NCBI GenBank assembly: GCA_963781885.1
Contig: CAWAHW010000002.1
Coordinates: 1,376,001-1,440,000 of the forward strand
Reading direction: 5' to 3'
Source: an uncultured Spirochaetota bacterium
GTDB lineage: Bacteria > Spirochaetota > Spirochaetia > SZUA-6 > Fen-1364
DNA length: 64,000 bases
Shown: positions 59,629 to 64,000 of the stretch, one piece after another
Numbering within the stretch: position 1 is the first letter of the stretch
Layout: the number at the start of each line of letters is the position of its first letter
The notes under the pieces: generated by a model
Database searches by the model: none
The model's input: only the letters and a program-made list of their open reading frames with translations
Told to the model about the DNA's origin: nothing
Made by a program: the position numbers and the translations under genes

Positions 59629-60711
59629 CTACTTGCCCGTCGTCGCGTAGTGCGAGGATCGCCCGTTGAGGTCCGCAAGCGCGCGCGTGAGCGCGGCAAG
59701 GTCATCGTCGGAGATTGTCGCTCCTGCCGCAACGGCCGCATCAATGCGCGCAAGGATCTGGTCCACCGTCTGCAGGTCCACGCGCACCGCCTGACCGGTG
59801 TCGGGCGCCGTCTGGGCGGCGGCGAGGGACTGCTGGAGGCTTGAAGAGAGATCCACCGCAGGCGTCGTCCCCGCGTTGAAACCGGCCTTCGCATAGACGC
59901 CCATCGCAATCGTGATTGTCGCCTCGCCGGCCCGGGGAATAGGACGGGGGTCGTAGTACTGCGCGGCCGCCGAATCGTTCACCGAATAGGGAAGCAGGCT
60001 GAAGTTGCGGACCGTGGACGTCTCATAAGACCACGTGGAGTCGCTCAGGCGTTTCCAGTTGGCAAAGATCACCCGATCGGGGACCGTGACGCCCTGGCCG
60101 GACAGCATCACCTGCAGTCCGAAATTGTCTGCGTCCCCCGTGAGCGGGGAAACCCAGTATGCCGCCTTGTCCGCTGCCGCGAGAGTCAGCTCGTGCGTGA
60201 GCTGGGTCATCGTATCGGTGCGGAAATGAACGAAGCTCGATTCGCCCAGATACGTGTCGAACAGGTAGCGAGCGCCGGCCGTGATGTCCTGCTCCGAAAG
60301 ATTCTTGATGTTGAGGTCGATGCGGACGCCGTCCGAGACCGGAGACCCGCTGGAAGCGACGAACGTGAATGTTTCCGTCACCTGGAGAAAAGGGGACTTC
60401 CAGACGAAGCGTCCACCACCGGGTGTTTTCTCCGCTTTTTCGGAGAACTCGGAGCTCTCACCCATCCGGTAGACCTTGTTCCCGATGACGATGCTGAGGC
60501 TCGTTGTCCGCGGGTCCTGCGAAGCCAGAAGCGGAACGAAAACGCCGCTGCCGCCCTTTGTCTGGCAGGAGAGGGAAAAACGGCCGATGCCTTCGTTCAG
60601 CGTCAGTCGCACGCGGCCGTCCGCCAGATCCAGCCCCCACGAAACCACCGGGGCAGCGAGGATCAGGACGGCGGCAACGAGGAATGCAGTGGTGCGCACC
60701 TGCTGTTTCAC
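59629..60711 (-). CDS. Hypothetical exported protein
   Basis: GTG start overlapping the upstream stop, GGAGG SD, signal peptide; FDTYLGE, FANWKRL, NDSA motifs. Confidence 0.72.
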   Translation of the reverse strand: MKQQVRTTAFLVAAVLILAAPVVSWGLDLADGRVRLTLNEGIGRFSLSCQTKGGSGVFVPLLASQDPRTTSLSIVIGNKVYRMGESSEFSEKAEKTPGGGRFVWKSPFLQVTETFTFVASSGSPVSDGVRIDLNIKNLSEQDITAGARYLFDTYLGESSFVHFRTDTMTQLTHELTLAAADKAAYWVSPLTGDADNFGLQVMLSGQGVTVPDRVIFANWKRLSDSTWSYETSTVRNFSLLPYSVNDSAAAQYYDPRPIPRAGEATITIAMGVYAKAGFNAGTTPAVDLSSSLQQSLAAAQTAPDTGQAVRVDLQTVDQILARIDAAVAAGATISDDDLAALTRALADLNGRSSHYATTGK

Positions 60712-61715
60712 TGTTCCACCTCCGCATGCGCTTCCAGCCACGCCAGGTATTTCTCTTTCAGGCTAAGGGCGTCCGCCTTTGCCGCGAGAAGCGTCGCGAG
60801 GCGCGCATTCTGCGCTGCCTGGTCGGACGTCGGCGCGGCTGCCGTTGCGCTGGTCGGGGTCGGCGTGACCGGCGCAGGCGCGAACGCCGCCGGCGCGGAG
60901 GCCGCAGCGGCAGACTGCGCAAGCTTTGCGCTGAGCTGCGCCGCTTCCGCCGTCTTCTGCGCCAGCTGCTGCTGGAGACTCGCGATGGTCTGCTGGTCGT
61001 CGCTTGCGCCGGTGGATGCAAGCCTCTTCTGGTAAGCCGCGATGGCCTGCTCGTACGTTTTTTCCGTGTTTTGGTATTCCTCGACGCTGCGGAGGAAGTC
61101 CTCATGGCTCCACGTGAGGAGCTTGGAGAGCTCGACCTCCTTTTTCTGGAGCTGGATGAGGGAGACCTTGTACTGGGCCGCTTCCGTCTTCACGCTCGAC
61201 GGATAGTCGGTCACGATCTTCTGGTAGACCGCCAGGGCGTCGTCGAGGCGGCCCAGCCCGAAAAGGCTTTCTCCCACCCAGAACCACGCGCTGGAGAGGA
61301 AGCTCGACTTTGGATACGCGGCGATGAATGACTGCAGGCCCTTGATCGCATTCTCGAAGTCGTTCTGGAGAAACAGGAGCCTCCCCTTCTGGTAGAGCGC
61401 CTCTTCGATGTCGGGCGCCGAGGGATAGGTCGCGATGTAGAACTCGAGGTTGCGATCCGCATCGTCCAGCTTTCCAAGGGCAATGTAGGACTTGGCGATC
61501 AGGAGATAGGCCGCCGGCTTCTGGTCGGACGCCGCGGGATCGAGGATGACGTTGTGAAAGAGGAGTATTGCCTTGTCGTACTGGCCGTTCCTGAACTGGT
61601 CGATGCCGTCCTTCATGTCCGAGCCGGGGTTTGACGATTGCGCCCCGAGCGCGAGCGGGGCAAGGCAGAACAGGACGAGCAACGTCGGGACGAGTGCCTT
61701 CCGGGAATAGCTCAT
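60708..61715 (-). CDS. Exported TPR protein (CpoB/BamD-like) with coiled coil
   Basis: Signal peptide; F..FI..YP.S....A.FWVGE TPR motif; GGAGG SD. Confidence 0.8.
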   Translation of the reverse strand: MSYSRKALVPTLLVLFCLAPLALGAQSSNPGSDMKDGIDQFRNGQYDKAILLFHNVILDPAASDQKPAAYLLIAKSYIALGKLDDADRNLEFYIATYPSAPDIEEALYQKGRLLFLQNDFENAIKGLQSFIAAYPKSSFLSSAWFWVGESLFGLGRLDDALAVYQKIVTDYPSSVKTEAAQYKVSLIQLQKKEVELSKLLTWSHEDFLRSVEEYQNTEKTYEQAIAAYQKRLASTGASDDQQTIASLQQQLAQKTAEAAQLSAKLAQSAAAASAPAAFAPAPVTPTPTSATAAAPTSDQAAQNARLATLLAAKADALSLKEKYLAWLEAHAEVEQ

Positions 61716-61776
61716 GAGCCTTTTTCTCTCCTCCCTAAGACTTTCGACCTTCGTGGGGGCAAACTCAAACCCGATT

Positions 61777-62487
61777 TTACCATGGCCGCCGAAGGAATGC
61801 TACTTCGCCCGCCGGATCGGCGGCCGAAAAGAGCGCCGAACCGGCCACGACGACGTCCGCACCGGCCCGCAGCGCCTCCGGAATGGTTTCCCGGTTGATG
61901 CCGCCGTCGACCTCGATGAGGAAATCCAGGCCCGCCGCGCGCCGCATCTCGACGAGCTCCTCCACCTTGCGCAGACAGCGGGGGATCATCACCTGCCCGC
62001 CGAAACCGGGGTTCACGGTCATTACGAGCACCAGGGAGACCATCGACAGCAGCTCGCTGAGAGCGGCCGCCGGCGTCGACGGCACGATGGCGATTCCTGG
62101 GCGCGCCCCTTTTTCCGCGATCGCCGAAAGAACGCGGTGCGCGTGCGTGGTTGCCTCCAGGTGCACCGTGAGATAGTCCGTGCCCGCCGCGCAGAACTCG
62201 TCGATGAAACCCTCCGGCCGGCAGATCATGAGGTGCACGTCGAATGGCAGGCGGCTCAACGGCCGCAGGTCCTTCACGGCCTTCGGGCCGAAGGTGATGT
62301 TCGGCACGAAACAGCCGTCCATGACGTCCAGGTGGATGAAATCGCCCCCCATCCGTTCGACCTGGCGGACTCCTTCCCCGAGGTTTCCGAAATCTGCCGA
62401 GAGGACCGATGGCGCAATGCGCACGGCCGCCTTTTCACCGTTTGCAGGCTCCGCACGGGCACGCTGTGGCGGGTGGCGTGGTTCCAT
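61777..62487 (-). CDS. rpe: Ribulose-phosphate 3-epimerase
   Basis: IAPSVLSADF, HLDVMDG.FVPNITFG, DVHLM, MTVNPGFGGQ, VDGGI, VAGSALF. Confidence 0.97.
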   Translation of the reverse strand: MEPRHPPQRARAEPANGEKAAVRIAPSVLSADFGNLGEGVRQVERMGGDFIHLDVMDGCFVPNITFGPKAVKDLRPLSRLPFDVHLMICRPEGFIDEFCAAGTDYLTVHLEATTHAHRVLSAIAEKGARPGIAIVPSTPAAALSELLSMVSLVLVMTVNPGFGGQVMIPRCLRKVEELVEMRRAAGLDFLIEVDGGINRETIPEALRAGADVVVAGSALFSAADPAGEVAFLRRPW

Positions 62488-62620
62488 CGTGCCGCATCAT
62501 AGCAGAAGCGCGGCATTGACGAAAGACACTGACGCATGCGATACTTTTCCACGGGCGTGAAAGACGGTAAGTGCGGTTCCCGGCGAAGATTACGGTGATT
62601 CGGTCCATCGGTGGAACGCG

Positions 62621-63610
62621 GTGGAAAGGAAATCCACCGGGAAAGGCGTGCGCGTGAGGGAGGGGCGGCCCATCCTGAAGGAAGAGAAACCGGGCCGGCT
62701 CTTCGATGCCGTCTGTCAGGCGATGCGCGAAGGGCAGTTTTCAGAGGCCATCGACCTGCTGGAAGGCATCCTTGAGCGCGATGTGGAGCGCCCGGGGGCA
62801 GCGTCCGCCCTGAAATGCGCGGGGTTCTGGAAGGAGAGGCTCGAGCAGGAGCATCCGCAGCTCGACAGCTTCGAGAGCGGGGAGTTGCTTCTTGGTCAAT
62901 GGAGGCTCTTCCGCGCCTTTGTGGAGCGGCTGGCGGACGTTCCGGAGAGGTGCCTGTTCGCCATCAAGCAGTTCATCTTCTCCACCGCTCTGTCCTTCTA
63001 CCTCGCCGCGGCGCCCGAGTCCGAGCAGGGCGGCGACCCGGATGTGCTCCTGCAGATCGGGCGGTGCTGCAAGGGCACGGGCAACTACGAGCGCGCCATA
63101 GAGAACCTGGAGCGCGCCAACCGGGAAAGGAGGGACGACCCGGTCATCATGGCGGAGCTCGCGGACTGCTACTCGCTGGTGAATGAGTCCCGGTCGGCGA
63201 AGGCGTTTTTCCGGGAGGCCCTGTTCGTGGACCCGCAGGCGGTCGACCGTGAATGGATGGAGTCACCGCTCATTCTCCGCCTCGCGGAGAAGCTTTCGAC
63301 GCGGGGCTTCTCCGGGCCGGCGCTCAACGAATGGCTGCCGGTGTACGGCGCGATCTGGGGCGTCCTGAACGTGAAACGGGAGATGAAACCGCTGGAGTTC
63401 GGCAAGCTCAAGCAGGCCATTTACCGGTTGGAAAAAGAGTATCGCGGGGGAACGGCCGTCCGGGACCGCACGGCGCCGCGGCTGATCAACCGCTATATCT
63501 GGCTGATCGATCACTACATGTCGGTCGGCGAGCCGCGCGAACGGATCGAGGAGGTTCTGCAGAAGATCCGGGACATCGATCCCGGCGTCCACGACGAATA
63601 TACGCGCTAG
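62621..63610 (+). CDS. TPR-containing hypothetical protein (start uncertain)
   Basis: TPR pair LQIGRCCKGTGNYERAI / AELADCY; upstream TTGACG(62516)...TG-C-GATACT. Confidence 0.75.
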   Translation: MERKSTGKGVRVREGRPILKEEKPGRLFDAVCQAMREGQFSEAIDLLEGILERDVERPGAASALKCAGFWKERLEQEHPQLDSFESGELLLGQWRLFRAFVERLADVPERCLFAIKQFIFSTALSFYLAAAPESEQGGDPDVLLQIGRCCKGTGNYERAIENLERANRERRDDPVIMAELADCYSLVNESRSAKAFFREALFVDPQAVDREWMESPLILRLAEKLSTRGFSGPALNEWLPVYGAIWGVLNVKREMKPLEFGKLKQAIYRLEKEYRGGTAVRDRTAPRLINRYIWLIDHYMSVGEPRERIEEVLQKIRDIDPGVHDEYTR

Positions 63611-63640
63611 CGCGGCATCATCGTACAAAGGGAGAAACGA

Positions 63641-64000
63641 ATGGCAACGGAATTGCTGAAGACGATCACCGACCTTCTCAACGAAGAGAAGTGGACCCGG
63701 GCGACCCTCAACAGCTACTCGATCACGAACTTCAAGGATCTCGACGTCCTCATTGAGCAGGCGCGCACGGAGGGCATCGTGGAAGAGGTGCAGGAGCTCA
63801 CCGGCGAGCACCTCAAGCACACGAGCAACTCGATCATCGCCCTCTATATCGCGGGCGTGCTCGCCCTGTCCCGCGAGCTGGTGGACGACACGAACCTGAT
63901 CATGCTGATCGGGATTTTCATGGACAACCACAAGTGGAACATCGTGGAATACCTTGCCGAGCGCATCCTCGCCTATGGGGAGAACAAATACGCGCTGCGC
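63641..64000 (+). CDS. greA: Long spirochaetal-type transcription elongation factor GreA, N-terminus (partial)
   Basis: MATELLKTITDLLNEEKWTRATLNSYS; LNEEKWTRA is the N-terminal signature I recall for the about 900-aa spirochaete GreA; GGAG SD. Confidence 0.75.
   Translation, partial: MATELLKTITDLLNEEKWTRATLNSYSITNFKDLDVLIEQARTEGIVEEVQELTGEHLKHTSNSIIALYIAGVLALSRELVDDTNLIMLIGIFMDNHKWNIVEYLAERILAYGENKYALR

Noticed and set aside
62546-62650. Structured ncRNA or riboswitch upstream of the 62621 gene (GGTGGA-AAGGAAA-TCCACC hairpin)
   Set aside because: Only one short hairpin, overlapping the probable start codon; no recognisable family consensus

Overview
GC-rich chromosomal window of a spirochaete (class Spirochaetia), judged from cfpA, a TP0733-type outer-membrane barrel, a pallilysin-related adhesin and the long spirochaetal GreA. 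It holds about 60 mostly housekeeping or lineage-conserved genes, including the V-ATPase B/D end, nusB, map, miaB, purB, guaA, rpsA-cmk-rluB-scpBA-folK-recA, prs, dtd and rpe. I found no rRNA, tRNA, CRISPR array, transposase or integrase. About nine single-base frameshifts, one in the essential rpsA, look like long-read errors. Main observations: (1) Behind cfpA lie a protein ending in a cryptic HPr-like domain (His15 and Ser46 equivalents kept) and a 'PPDK' with a degenerate ATP-grasp site but intact phospho-His and PEP-binding domains. Together these suggest an unrecognised PEP-driven, Enzyme I/HPr-like phosphorelay tied to the cytoskeletal filament. CfpA and the HPr-like protein both carry AT-hook (RGRP) motifs. 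(2) A 28-bp dif-like XerCD site at 42820-42847 sits where gene orientation flips, so the window probably spans the replication terminus. (3) Smaller items: two orphan HEPN-like proteins, a hairpin-bearing 26-bp tandem array, an orphan HTH-zinc-finger gene after guaA, and several apparently leaderless promoters. All assignments come from reading motifs by eye; no searches were run.
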